From Chloroflexota bacterium (GTDB lineage Bacteria; Chloroflexota; Anaerolineae; Anaerolineales; DRMV01), in NCBI GenBank assembly GCA_011322445.1, contig DRMV01000033.1, positions 6,671-70,670 on the forward strand: DNA of 64,000 nt. Direction: 5' to 3'. How positions within the stretch are numbered: the first letter of the stretch is position 1; every line of letters starts with the position of its first letter. The notes under the pieces are model-generated. The model had not been told where the DNA came from. It did no database searches and saw only the letters and a program-made list of their open reading frames with translations. Both the position numbers and the translations under genes were made by a program. Below are positions 1 to 8,934 of this stretch, one piece after another.

Positions 1-417
1 TTCCAGCACGCCAATGGGCTCGCCATTGGCAATCAACGGCACGGCAATCAGGCTTTCGGTCGCGATATGCGTCAGTTTGTCGAGGTGTCCGTAATGGTCG
101 GGGTCGGTATGGGCATGCTGGCGCCGCACAGGGCGACGGCGACGGAGCGCCAGGCCAGCCAGGCTGCCTTCCAGCGGCACTTGCATCGTTTCCTGCAACG
201 CCCCAGAAAGGTTGGTCGCCGTTTGGAAATGCAAAATCTTACGCTGAGGGTCATACAGCAAAATCGAAGCAGCCTCAGCATCGCTAAGTTCCGCGGCAGC
301 CGTCACAATGCGATGCAAAAGCGATTCCAGATCCAGCGTGGCTGCCAGATCGCGGGCAATATCCAGCAAACGGCGATAGGCCTCTAACGGCAATTGCGGC
401 ACAGAAGGCGTCATCAT
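1..417 (-). CDS. GAF-domain signalling protein, N-terminal part (runs off window)
   Basis: Manual translation MMTPSVPQLPLEAYRRLLDIARDLAATLDLESLLHRIVTAAAELSDAEAASILLYD...SLIAVPLIANGEPIGVLE is a typical GAF domain; ATG overlaps the sirtuin stop (ATGA). Not in the ORF track. Confidence 0.85.
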   Translation of the reverse strand, partial: MMTPSVPQLPLEAYRRLLDIARDLAATLDLESLLHRIVTAAAELSDAEAASILLYDPQRKILHFQTATNLSGALQETMQVPLEGSLAGLALRRRRPVRRQHAHTDPDHYGHLDKLTHIATESLIAVPLIANGEPIGVLE

Positions 418-1187
418 GGGGAAAGCACCTGTTCAGCAATAGCGGGCAGAATATCGGCCACATCCCCCTGAAGCACCACATCGGCGCGAGCATCCATGTA
501 AGTGGGCGTTTGGTTGATGATAATCACCGCGGCGCCATGATTGGCAGCCTCCACCGGCAAACGCGCCACCGGCATCACGGCCAGCGACGAACCCGCGATG
601 AGCATCAAATCGCTCTCATGGGCCAAAGCCTGCGCCGCTTCCCACGCCCGCCAGGGCAGTTGTTCACCAAACAACACGACGTCGGGCTTGAGCACAGCGC
701 CGCAATGCGGGCAGTGGGGCACTTCGCCGCTCTCTAAAAAAGCCGGCAGGAACTCGGCGCTGGTGTATGTGCGGTAGCACTGGGTGCAGGTCGCCGTCTC
801 GAGGGAACCATGCACTTCCACCACCCGTTTCGAACCAGCCTTTTGATGCAGGCCATCGATGTTTTGTGTCACAACCCCCGAAAAATGCCCGGCCTGCTCC
901 AACGCGGCCACGGCTTGATGCGCTGCATTCGGCTCGGCCTGCAAAATCGTTTCCAGCAACGGACGCACCCAGGCAAAAAAACGGTCTGGGTGATGGCGAA
1001 ACGCCTGCAACGAAGCCACTTCTAACGGGTCGTGCTGCGCCCACAGGCCGCTGGAAGGCGAGCGGAAATCGGGAATGCCCGAGGGGGTCGAAATGCCAGC
1101 CCCCGTGAGCACCACGCCGCGGCGCGCCCGACGAATGAGCGCCGCCGCCTGGGCAATGCGAAATTCGGTTTCAGAAGTCAAGGGCAT
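414..1187 (-). CDS. cobB: NAD-dependent protein deacylase, Sir2/CobB family (class U-like)
   Basis: TGAGISTPSGIPDFRS, TQNIDGLHQKAG, HGS, CxxC...CxxC zinc site, KPDVVLFGE. Confidence 0.95.
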   Translation of the reverse strand: MPLTSETEFRIAQAAALIRRARRGVVLTGAGISTPSGIPDFRSPSSGLWAQHDPLEVASLQAFRHHPDRFFAWVRPLLETILQAEPNAAHQAVAALEQAGHFSGVVTQNIDGLHQKAGSKRVVEVHGSLETATCTQCYRTYTSAEFLPAFLESGEVPHCPHCGAVLKPDVVLFGEQLPWRAWEAAQALAHESDLMLIAGSSLAVMPVARLPVEAANHGAAVIIINQTPTYMDARADVVLQGDVADILPAIAEQVLSP

Positions 1188-1200
1188 AACAAAGTCAGCA

Positions 1201-2361
1201 TCAACGGGATTTTTCGATTTGGGTGCGGACCACTTTGCCCATCTGGGCCGCCAGCATACCGTGGGGCTGCATCAGCACCATCGGCTTGTTGCTCATCTGG
1301 GCCCGGTAGGCAACTTCCGGCATCGGTGGGATTACCGTAGCAACCGGCACCCCCAGCCGGTTCTGGATGTCCATCCAGGCCATTTGAATATCCGCCCGGA
1401 CACGATTGACCAACACCGCAGCAATCTTGCCCTGGCCAATGCCGTGCATAAGTAAGTAATCGATCAGGGTTTTCCCCATCTGCACCGTCTGCGGGAAACC
1501 ATCGACCACGACGAGAATTTCATCGCACAAAGGTAAAACCTTCGGCGTGGCAGGCTGCAACGAAGGGCCTAAATCCAGCACACTAAAACGCCCCGCCTGC
1601 CGCACGTAGCGCGCCACCGTTTCCAGCGCGCTCAAATTGGTGCTGCGAGCCACCTCAGCCGGGTCGAAGGAAGCGAAAAGCAAACGCACCCCCGCAAGAT
1701 AACTCACCAGCATCTCTTCCACGGCCTGCGGTGTAATCTGCTGTGCAGGCTGGGCCAACAGCGTTCCCAAGCCGTTCAATGCCGGGTGTCCCAGTTCTAA
1801 CCCCATCGTCCCCTGCCCCGGCCGCAGTTCGGCGATCACCACATCTTCTTTGCTTTCCTGATACAACATAATGCCCAGGGTCAGGGCAATGGTCGAAGTG
1901 CCAACCCCGCCTTTGGCCCCCAACACCCCCACCGTCCACCGCGGCTGCGAAGGCCCTGCCGGCGCCGCGGGCAAATTGCCAGTCGTGTGCGTGCCGTGGA
2001 GCAACTTCTTGACCCGAGCCAACAATTCGGCAGGATGGGCCGGCTTGGTGAGGTAGTCATCCGCACCGGCATCGAAGCCCGTGAGTTTGTCTTCCACCTG
2101 GCTTTTGGCCGTGAACATCAAAATCGGGATGTTTGCCGTTGCCGGGTCTCCCCGCAGGCGGCGGGTAACCTCAAAACCATCCATCTCCGGCATCATGACG
2201 TCCAGCAAAATCAGCGCCGGCTTTTCGGCCTTCGCCATCGTCAGCGCCTTCGGGCCGCTATTCGCCACCACAATGCGGTAACCCTGCCGCTGGAGCATCA
2301 GCCCCACCAACTTGAGGGTATCCAGGTCGTCATCGACAATCAAGATCTTTTCGTTCGCCAT
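1201..2361 (-). CDS. Response regulator receiver fused to MinD/CpaE(TadZ)-like ATPase domain
   Basis: ILIVDDD...LLDVMMPEMDG...YLTKP receiver; deviant P-loop GAKGGVGTST; start MANEK with GAGGAG RBS. Confidence 0.85.
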   Translation of the reverse strand: MANEKILIVDDDLDTLKLVGLMLQRQGYRIVVANSGPKALTMAKAEKPALILLDVMMPEMDGFEVTRRLRGDPATANIPILMFTAKSQVEDKLTGFDAGADDYLTKPAHPAELLARVKKLLHGTHTTGNLPAAPAGPSQPRWTVGVLGAKGGVGTSTIALTLGIMLYQESKEDVVIAELRPGQGTMGLELGHPALNGLGTLLAQPAQQITPQAVEEMLVSYLAGVRLLFASFDPAEVARSTNLSALETVARYVRQAGRFSVLDLGPSLQPATPKVLPLCDEILVVVDGFPQTVQMGKTLIDYLLMHGIGQGKIAAVLVNRVRADIQMAWMDIQNRLGVPVATVIPPMPEVAYRAQMSNKPMVLMQPHGMLAAQMGKVVRTQIEKSR

Positions 2362-2533
2362 GACCGTTGCTCCTCGTCCTGGGGGGAAACACCGGCTTTG
2401 CCATCTGCCGGTCGCCGTGGAATGCCACCCCTTCATTTTACCCTAAAACGCGCCGAAACGGGGAAGGCGCGAGCCGCTTCGCCAGCAGGGTGGTGGTAGA
2501 ATTTCTCCATCTTCTCTTCCGGGAGGCACTTGC

Positions 2534-3631
2534 ATGAACCCCCTGAAACAACTGCAAACCTTTGGCCAAAGCATCTGGCTGGATTTCATCCGCCGCGGCA
2601 TGTTGCACGACGGCACGCTGGAAGCCTTCATCACACGCGACGGCATCTCGGGGATGACCTCCAACCCTTCCATTTTCGAACAAGCCATCGCCCAAAGCGA
2701 CGATTACACCGAGGCGATTGCAGCACTGGTACGCGCGGGCTACAATGCCGACGCCATCTACCAAACGCTCACCGTGGAAGACGTCCAGCGGGCAGCCGAT
2801 ATTTTCGGCAGCGTGTATCAAGAAACACAGCGTCGCGATGGCTACGTCAGCCTGGAAGTCGATCCCCGGTTGGCCTACGACACCCCCGGCACGGTGGAAG
2901 ACGCCCGGCGCCTTTGGGCGGCGTTAGACCGCCCCAATGTGATGATCAAAGTCCCCGCCACGCGCGAGGGACTGCCCGCCATTCGGACACTGCTCACCGA
3001 AGGCGTGAATGTCAACGTCACCCTGCTGTTCAGCGTCACGCGCTATCGTGCCGTAGCCGAAGCCTACCTGGAAGCCCTGGAAGCCCGCCAGGCCCAGGGT
3101 TTGCCGTTAGACGGCATCGCGTCGGTAGCCAGTTTCTTTGTGAGCCGCATTGACACCTTGCTGGACGCCTTGCTCGACCAGCATCCCTGCGCCGACGCCC
3201 GCGCGCTGAAAGGCCGCATCGCCGTCGCCAGTGCCAAAGCCGCCTATGCCGTGTATCAAGAAATCTTCCACAGCGAGCGGTTCCGGGCGCTGGAAGCCCA
3301 CGGTGCACGCCCCCAACGCCTGCTGTGGGCCAGCACCAGCACCAAAAACCCGGCTTACAGCGACGTGAAATACATCGAGGCCCTCATTGGCCCGGAAACC
3401 GTTTCCACCGTTCCGCTGAAAACCTTAGACGCCTACCGTGACCACGGCCGTCCGGCCGAGCGCCTCACCCAGGGCATTCCTGAGGCCCAGGCCACGTTAG
3501 CCCAACTGGCTGAACTGCAAATTGACCTGGAAGCCGCCATGCAGCAATTGGAAGAGGAAGGTGTGCAAAAATTCATCAAGGCTTTTGAAAGCCTGATGCA
3601 CACCCTGCAGGAAGCCGCCGTGCGTGCCTAA
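2534..3631 (+). CDS. tal: Transaldolase
   Basis: GQSIWLD, GMTSNPSIF, VMIKVPAT, SVASFFVSRID, QRLLWASTSTKNP. Confidence 0.96.
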   Translation: MNPLKQLQTFGQSIWLDFIRRGMLHDGTLEAFITRDGISGMTSNPSIFEQAIAQSDDYTEAIAALVRAGYNADAIYQTLTVEDVQRAADIFGSVYQETQRRDGYVSLEVDPRLAYDTPGTVEDARRLWAALDRPNVMIKVPATREGLPAIRTLLTEGVNVNVTLLFSVTRYRAVAEAYLEALEARQAQGLPLDGIASVASFFVSRIDTLLDALLDQHPCADARALKGRIAVASAKAAYAVYQEIFHSERFRALEAHGARPQRLLWASTSTKNPAYSDVKYIEALIGPETVSTVPLKTLDAYRDHGRPAERLTQGIPEAQATLAQLAELQIDLEAAMQQLEEEGVQKFIKAFESLMHTLQEAAVRA

Positions 3632-3648
3632 AGCCGCCTTCCCGACGC

Positions 3649-3689
3649 AAAAACCGCAGGCCGGGAACATGAACCGGCCTGCGGTTCTT
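3649..3689. terminator. Intrinsic, probably bidirectional terminator after tal
   Basis: AACCGCAGGCCGG-9nt-CCGGCCTGCGGTT perfect 13-bp stem. Confidence 0.75.
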
Positions 3690-3789
3690 CGTCGCTTCTT
3701 CATTGGAGCGAGGGGGCAGGAGACTGCTTCCGCAGGCTTCCACATCGCTCGGCCTGCCTCGCAGTGACACACCCTCAAGGGAAGTTCAT

Positions 3790-3877
3790 AACCTGCGTTT
3801 CGGATAACGGGTTGAGCGGAGATCGCGAAGCCATCGTCGTCAAAACAGGGCCACAGAGATGATCCGAAACGCAGGCT
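3790..3877. mobile_element. MITE-like element with terminal inverted repeats
   Basis: CCTGCGTTTCGGAT (3792-3805) and ATCCGAAACGCAGG (3862-3875) are a perfect 14-bp IR (16/18 when extended) around a 56-nt non-coding spacer. Confidence 0.5.
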
Positions 3878-3888
3878 TCAATCGGCTC

Positions 3889-4479
3889 TCAATGCTCCGT
3901 AGCGGTACCCTGTCCGGCAGAAGGGGGCGGCTTGGGTTCGGCCCGCGTGTTCGGTGCATCGGGGGGAATGAACAAGGTTGCCCCACAATACGGGCACTTG
4001 ACAATCCCTTTGCCCACGAATTCCCGCGTGCCGCCGCAGTTAGGGCACACGTTGCTCACCATTTTCGCCGCGTCGCTGGCGTAAAAGGTCATGCTTTCCC
4101 AGTCGATGTAGCCCGTGAACAACCCCAGACTAACCAAATCGTAAATGGCCTGGGTGATCTGCTGGCGGGTCATCTTCATTTCCACCATCACCTGGCCCAG
4201 CGAAACCTGCCCGTGGCTTTGAATCATGCCCAACAGGCGCTGCAACTTGTCGGCTTCGGCTTGCTCCTTTGCCTCGGCCTTGCCTTTCACCAACAAATAG
4301 ACCCCGATCGCCCCCAGCACCATCGCCGGAAGCGCGCCAAACAAAATAAAGCCCAACACAGCCCCAGGCACAGTGAGTTTGTGCACCGCCAGGCCGCTGG
4401 CCATGAAGCCGCCCGAAACGACCAGGGCAGCCACGGCCAGGCCCAGGGCAATCCATCCGCTGGTTTTACCGACGTTCAT
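3889..4479 (-). CDS. Membrane protein with winged-helix-like region and C-terminal zinc ribbon
   Basis: Two TM helices; helix-turn-helix then LVSLGLFTGYIDW; CPNCGG...CPYCG; AGGAGG RBS. Confidence 0.8.
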   Translation of the reverse strand: MNVGKTSGWIALGLAVAALVVSGGFMASGLAVHKLTVPGAVLGFILFGALPAMVLGAIGVYLLVKGKAEAKEQAEADKLQRLLGMIQSHGQVSLGQVMVEMKMTRQQITQAIYDLVSLGLFTGYIDWESMTFYASDAAKMVSNVCPNCGGTREFVGKGIVKCPYCGATLFIPPDAPNTRAEPKPPPSAGQGTATEH

Positions 4480-4554
4480 AGAGCGTCCTCCTTGATTGAT
4501 CGCCTCGTTAAAGTTTCCAATGACGTAGTTCCAGCGACTTCTGCAAAAGGCGGT

Positions 4555-6417
4555 TTAGCCGAAACCGCTGGAGCCGCCGCCACCGCCGCCACCGCCGCCG
4601 CCACCGCCGCTGAACCCACCACCGCTGCCGCTGCTGCTGGGGTGGCTGACGAAAGTAGCCGAGGCCTCATTCAGCGTCGAGAGCAGGCTATCGGCAATGT
4701 TGGAAAAGGAATTGAAGGCGCCCGATGCCATACTATCCAACGAAGGTGCACCCTGCCCCGGCGATGCCATGTGGCCGCCCACGGCAGCGCCGCCTCGAGA
4801 CATGCCGCCGCCATAAGGGTAGAGGGTGTACCATCCGGGCGCAGGCATATCGGGCACCCGTGCAAACTTGCGCACCCAGAGTTTGGAAATGCCAAATGCC
4901 GTTGCGTATGGCAGGTAACGATCGAACAGATCTTTGGCTCGTTCCAGCGAAGTATGACGCTCGAGTTCCTGCAAATAGCGTTTGAACGCGCGCCACTTGG
5001 CGGCTTCCAGCGCGCCCTGGCGGGTCTTTCGTGGCATTGCCCGGGCAAGCACCAGCCACACAAGCGTCACCACAATGCCCAGGAAGATGGCCGCGCCTCC
5101 CGCTGCATGCGCTCCCATCCACTGTGCAGGGAAGTACAGGGCTGAAATCACCCCGCCCAGCAACACTGCCCATGCCATGTATTTCGTGCGCACCTTCTCA
5201 GGATCTGAAGGGAACAAGCGAGCACTGACCACCGCCTGGTAGAGTTTGCGCTTAATGTCGGGAATGGAGGTGTAAAATGCGTTTTTCAGGCTTTCCAGCG
5301 AACGCTTTTCACCCGGCACCACAACGCCGCCAAAAATCGCCACCATCAACGCCGTCTCAAACGGCAACAAATCGGGCGGCATTTTCTCGGCCACAAAATA
5401 CGTTTCCTCATGCGTGCCCAGGAAAGCCTTCTTGCGCACCGTTTCAATTTTCAGCACCCCGCGCCGCGCCAGATCGAGCAGCGTAGCCAAAATATCGTCC
5501 ATATCGGCGCGCTCATCCACCAGCGTGCCTACCATGCCAGGCGGCAACTTACTGGGGGGTTCCGTCACCAACGTCGGCACCACACCCACCGCGGGGTCGC
5601 GCCCCCGCTGATACCACAACAGGAAACCACCGCCCAGCGCAGCGGCCATCACCAGGAAGAGAAACAGCCACCACCCCAGGTCGATCCACGGCTGCAGTTT
5701 CATCCGCGTTTCCCAGGGCGGGGGAGAAGCCGAGACAAACCCGTGCGGCCATTGCACACGAATTTCCCACTCCGTGCCACCGGGGAAAGGCCCACCCTGA
5801 AACTGCACTGTGCTTGCATCCAGCAGTTGTGCGTTTCCATCCTTCTCTCCGTCGAGATACGTCGCGGTCAGAATCTGGCTGCTGTTAAACTCTCCTGGCA
5901 GGTGCACCACCACCCGGGCACTCTCAATGGGGTAAGACCGATCGCTTTCGATGAACTTCCAGAAGAACTGGTCGCCTTTGTCGTCAATCCACAACGCCCC
6001 CTTCAACACGTAAGTCAGCGTAAATGTCCGCGTCGTATCGGTGATTTCCGGAAAATACCACACGATTTTGCGCGCATTGTCCGTAGCCTTGAGCGTGAAC
6101 GTATAAGGCTGCCCGCTGTCGTCATGGAGATAGCGCGTTCCCCCTTCCGAAACGCCCCAATCGGTAATGTCTTCCACTCGATTGAGAGGGATTTCGCGGA
6201 AAGCGTAATGAAAAGGGCCGCCCATAAAGTCGACCTGCCAGGTTTCCACAATCCGCACATCACCATTTGGCAAAATCGTGATCTCGGCATCTCTGCGCAG
6301 GACGTCAACGCTTTTAGCATGAGAAGCCGCCTGGGCCGTTCCCATGCTGCCCCCCACCACCGCAAGCAGGGCTGCCAATAAAAGGACCCACAGCACCCTA
6401 CGGACAGGCACACGCAT
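4555..6417 (-). CDS. DUF2207 family membrane protein
   Basis: Signal peptide, extracellular beta domain, ATLLDLARRG, YLPYATAFG, Gly/Ser-rich tail GGGFSGGGGGGGGGGG. Confidence 0.88.
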   Translation of the reverse strand: MRVPVRRVLWVLLLAALLAVVGGSMGTAQAASHAKSVDVLRRDAEITILPNGDVRIVETWQVDFMGGPFHYAFREIPLNRVEDITDWGVSEGGTRYLHDDSGQPYTFTLKATDNARKIVWYFPEITDTTRTFTLTYVLKGALWIDDKGDQFFWKFIESDRSYPIESARVVVHLPGEFNSSQILTATYLDGEKDGNAQLLDASTVQFQGGPFPGGTEWEIRVQWPHGFVSASPPPWETRMKLQPWIDLGWWLFLFLVMAAALGGGFLLWYQRGRDPAVGVVPTLVTEPPSKLPPGMVGTLVDERADMDDILATLLDLARRGVLKIETVRKKAFLGTHEETYFVAEKMPPDLLPFETALMVAIFGGVVVPGEKRSLESLKNAFYTSIPDIKRKLYQAVVSARLFPSDPEKVRTKYMAWAVLLGGVISALYFPAQWMGAHAAGGAAIFLGIVVTLVWLVLARAMPRKTRQGALEAAKWRAFKRYLQELERHTSLERAKDLFDRYLPYATAFGISKLWVRKFARVPDMPAPGWYTLYPYGGGMSRGGAAVGGHMASPGQGAPSLDSMASGAFNSFSNIADSLLSTLNEASATFVSHPSSSGSGGGFSGGGGGGGGGGGGSSGFG

Positions 6418-6475
6418 ACGCCACTCCTTTCAAGTGAACCTTGCACACCCCCGCGGGTATTTCAACCACACTCTC

Positions 6476-6505
6476 ATCATATCATAAAACACCTCAGCCT
6501 TGCAA
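6476..6505 (-). promoter_or_regulatory. Putative sigma70 promoter for the DUF2207 gene
   Basis: TTGCAA-18nt-TATGAT with extended TG on the minus strand. Confidence 0.45.
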
Positions 6506-6668
6506 AAGAGCCGCCCGGCCATCGCAAAACATCCGTGGGACCGAGGCCAGAACGCGCCGCCGCTTTTTGAAAGTAACTGCATTAGCGGCCTGCACAGCAT
6601 CATAGCAGGCATCATAAAAAGTGCGTAACTCTCAATAATAACAAAGGTATATGCGGTATAATTTTTTC

Positions 6669-7268
6669 ATGGTTACATCGACTTCTCTTAAATCCATTTG
6701 CGTTTATTGCGGCTCATCGGATGATGTGCCAGCAATGTATTATCAGGCTGCCCACGAGATTGGGCAGGCCATTGCAGCCCGCGGTTACACCGTCATCTAT
6801 GGCGGCGGCTCCACCGGCCTGATGGGCGCCGTAGCCGATGCCGCGCTGGAAGCCGGCGGCGACGTCATTGGCGTCATTCCCGAACACTTTTACACCCCCC
6901 AACTGGCCCACGACCACCTGACCCGGTTGGAAATCGTTGCCGACATGCACACTCGCAAAGCCCGCATGGCCGAACTCGCCGATGCGTTCATTGCACTCCC
7001 TGGCGGTTATGGCACACTGGAAGAAATGTTCGAAGCCCTGACATGGGCCCAAATTGGCCTTCACACCAAACCCATTGGGCTGTTCAACTTCCAAGGCTAT
7101 TACAACCACCTGCTGGCCTTCATCCGCCACGCCCGCGAAGAGGGCTTCATCTTCGACGAGCACGAAGCCCTTTTCGTTCACGCCGCGGCTGCAGAGCCGT
7201 TGCTGGATGCCCTGGAAGACTACCGCCACCCTGGCGGGGTGGAACGATGGTTACGCGAAGCGCCTTAA
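6669..7268 (+). CDS. LOG family nucleotide phosphoribohydrolase (TIGR00730)
   Basis: ICVYCGS, YGGGSTGLMG, MHTRKARM, ALPGGYGTLEE; alternative start 6651. Confidence 0.92.
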   Translation: MVTSTSLKSICVYCGSSDDVPAMYYQAAHEIGQAIAARGYTVIYGGGSTGLMGAVADAALEAGGDVIGVIPEHFYTPQLAHDHLTRLEIVADMHTRKARMAELADAFIALPGGYGTLEEMFEALTWAQIGLHTKPIGLFNFQGYYNHLLAFIRHAREEGFIFDEHEALFVHAAAAEPLLDALEDYRHPGGVERWLREAP

Positions 7269-7284
7269 AAGCCGCTGCTCTTGC

Positions 7285-7560
7285 GGTGAAGGTGGGGTCG
7301 CCCCAGTTCACCCCCGGTGAAGCGCTCTTATGGGCGGGCGTACCGAAGGCCCCCCACGCCGCAATGTGACTTGGCGGCTTTCCTGCTTCATGATACTCAG
7401 CCGGCCCCCAGGTTCCCCCGCCTGCCACCCCGGGAACGCCTTCCCCTGCTCCCCAACTTCAACACCTACATCATGAACCGGCGTCGTCACCCGCGGCGGT
7501 GGGACGACTCGCTGGAAACCGTTGACCTCAAACACAATGGGCACGAATTCCTTCCCCCCA
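7285..7560. ncRNA. Candidate structured non-coding RNA (family unidentified; 6S-like rod possible)
   Basis: Nested long-range pairings (CAATGTG/CACAATG, CGGCTTTCC/GGAAACCG, TTCATGAT/ATCATGAA, GTTCCC/GGGAAC) plus side hairpins in a 344-nt intergenic gap. Confidence 0.45.
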
Positions 7561-7612
7561 ACATGAAACCCTATATCCCTTTCAAGCGTCTAATTTAACA
7601 CGAGGTTCCTTC

Positions 7613-8887
7613 ATGGCCAAGAAAATCATCGCATCCGTCAAAGGCACTCGCGACTTCTACCCCGAAAAGATGGCCGTGCGCACCTGGCTCTACCGCCAAA
7701 TGCGCGCCGCCTCCGAAGCCTTCGGCTATCAGGAATACGACGGTCCGTTTCTGGAACCCATTGCCCTTTACGCGGCCAAATCGGGCGAAGAACTGGTCAA
7801 AGAACAAGCCTTCGTCTTCCCCGACCGTGGCGGCGACCTGATCACCTTGCGCCCGGAACTCACCCCCACTCTCGCCCGCATGGTCGCCCAAAAGCAAGGG
7901 CAACTGGTCTTCCCCCTGCGGTGGTGGTCGTTTGGCCCCTTCTGGCGCTACGAACGCCCGCAAAAAGGTCGCGCCCGCGAATTCTTCCAGTGGAACATTG
8001 ACATGATCGGCGTCAACAGCCCCGAAGCCGACGCCGAACTGGCCGCTGTGGGCGCAGAATTCTTCCGGCGGGTGGGCCTCAGCCCCAACGAAGTGCAAAT
8101 TCTGGTCAACAACCGCCGCCTGATGGATTCCCGCCTGGACGCGCTTGGCATTCCCACCGCACAGCGCAAGGCCGTCTTCCGCCTGATTGACCGTCGCGAA
8201 AAAATGAACGCCACAGCGTGGGAAGCCTACGCCACCGAAATCGGCCTGAGCGAAGCGCAACAGCAGGGCCTGAAAGACCTGCTGGCCGACGACCGCCTGT
8301 GGGAACAATCGGAGGAACTGGTGCGCTTCTTCGCCGCGGCCGAAGCCTTGGGCGCGCGGGAATATCTGCGCTACGCCCCCTACATCATCCGCGGGCTGGA
8401 TTACTACACCGGCACCGTGTTCGAAGCCCGCGACCGCGACGGCGAATTCCGCGCCATTCTCGGCGGCGGGCGCTACGACAACCTGGTGGGCGATGTGGGC
8501 GGCAACCCGCTGCCCGGCGTGGGCTTTGCCATGGGCGATATGGTGGTCACCTTAGTGCTGGAAAAATACGGCCGCCTGCCCGAACTTGTCACCCAGCCCG
8601 CGCCCATTCTGGTCACCGTCTTCGACGCTGACCACCTGCTGGAAGCCTACCGGTTGGCCGCCGAAGTGCGTGCTGCGGGCTTCAACGTAGTGACCTACCC
8701 CGAACCGGCCAAACTGGGCAAGCAATTCAAATATGCCGACCGCATCGGGGCAAAGGTGGCCCTGGTGCTGGGCCCCGACGAACTCGCCGCGGGCAAAGTG
8801 GCCCTCAAGAACCTCGCCACGCGCGAACAACTCCTCATCGACCGCACGACCTTAGACACACAATTACGCCAATATCTCAACCTCTAA
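7613..8887 (+). CDS. hisS: Histidine--tRNA ligase
   Basis: KGTRDF, LRPELT, RYERPQKGRAREFFQ, RGLDYYTG, GGGRYDNL, KQFKYADR. Confidence 0.97.
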   Translation: MAKKIIASVKGTRDFYPEKMAVRTWLYRQMRAASEAFGYQEYDGPFLEPIALYAAKSGEELVKEQAFVFPDRGGDLITLRPELTPTLARMVAQKQGQLVFPLRWWSFGPFWRYERPQKGRAREFFQWNIDMIGVNSPEADAELAAVGAEFFRRVGLSPNEVQILVNNRRLMDSRLDALGIPTAQRKAVFRLIDRREKMNATAWEAYATEIGLSEAQQQGLKDLLADDRLWEQSEELVRFFAAAEALGAREYLRYAPYIIRGLDYYTGTVFEARDRDGEFRAILGGGRYDNLVGDVGGNPLPGVGFAMGDMVVTLVLEKYGRLPELVTQPAPILVTVFDADHLLEAYRLAAEVRAAGFNVVTYPEPAKLGKQFKYADRIGAKVALVLGPDELAAGKVALKNLATREQLLIDRTTLDTQLRQYLNL

Positions 8888-8934
8888 ATTTTCAAACGCC
8901 GCTGTTTACGTCCTGCAAGGCTATCTCCTTCCAC

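Noticed and set aside
414..1187. Anti-phage Sir2 (Thoeris/DSR-type)
   Set aside because: Canonical zinc-binding housekeeping sirtuin of normal size, no defence context
4555..4645. GCC/ACC microsatellite-like tract
   Set aside because: Encodes the normal Gly/Ser tail of DUF2207 proteins
7269..7612. T-box leader for hisS, RNase P RNA, tmRNA or SRP RNA
   Set aside because: No GGTGGNACC antiterminator bulge, GAGGAAAGTCC, tRNA-like ends or CAGG..GGAAG..AGCAG motif on either strand
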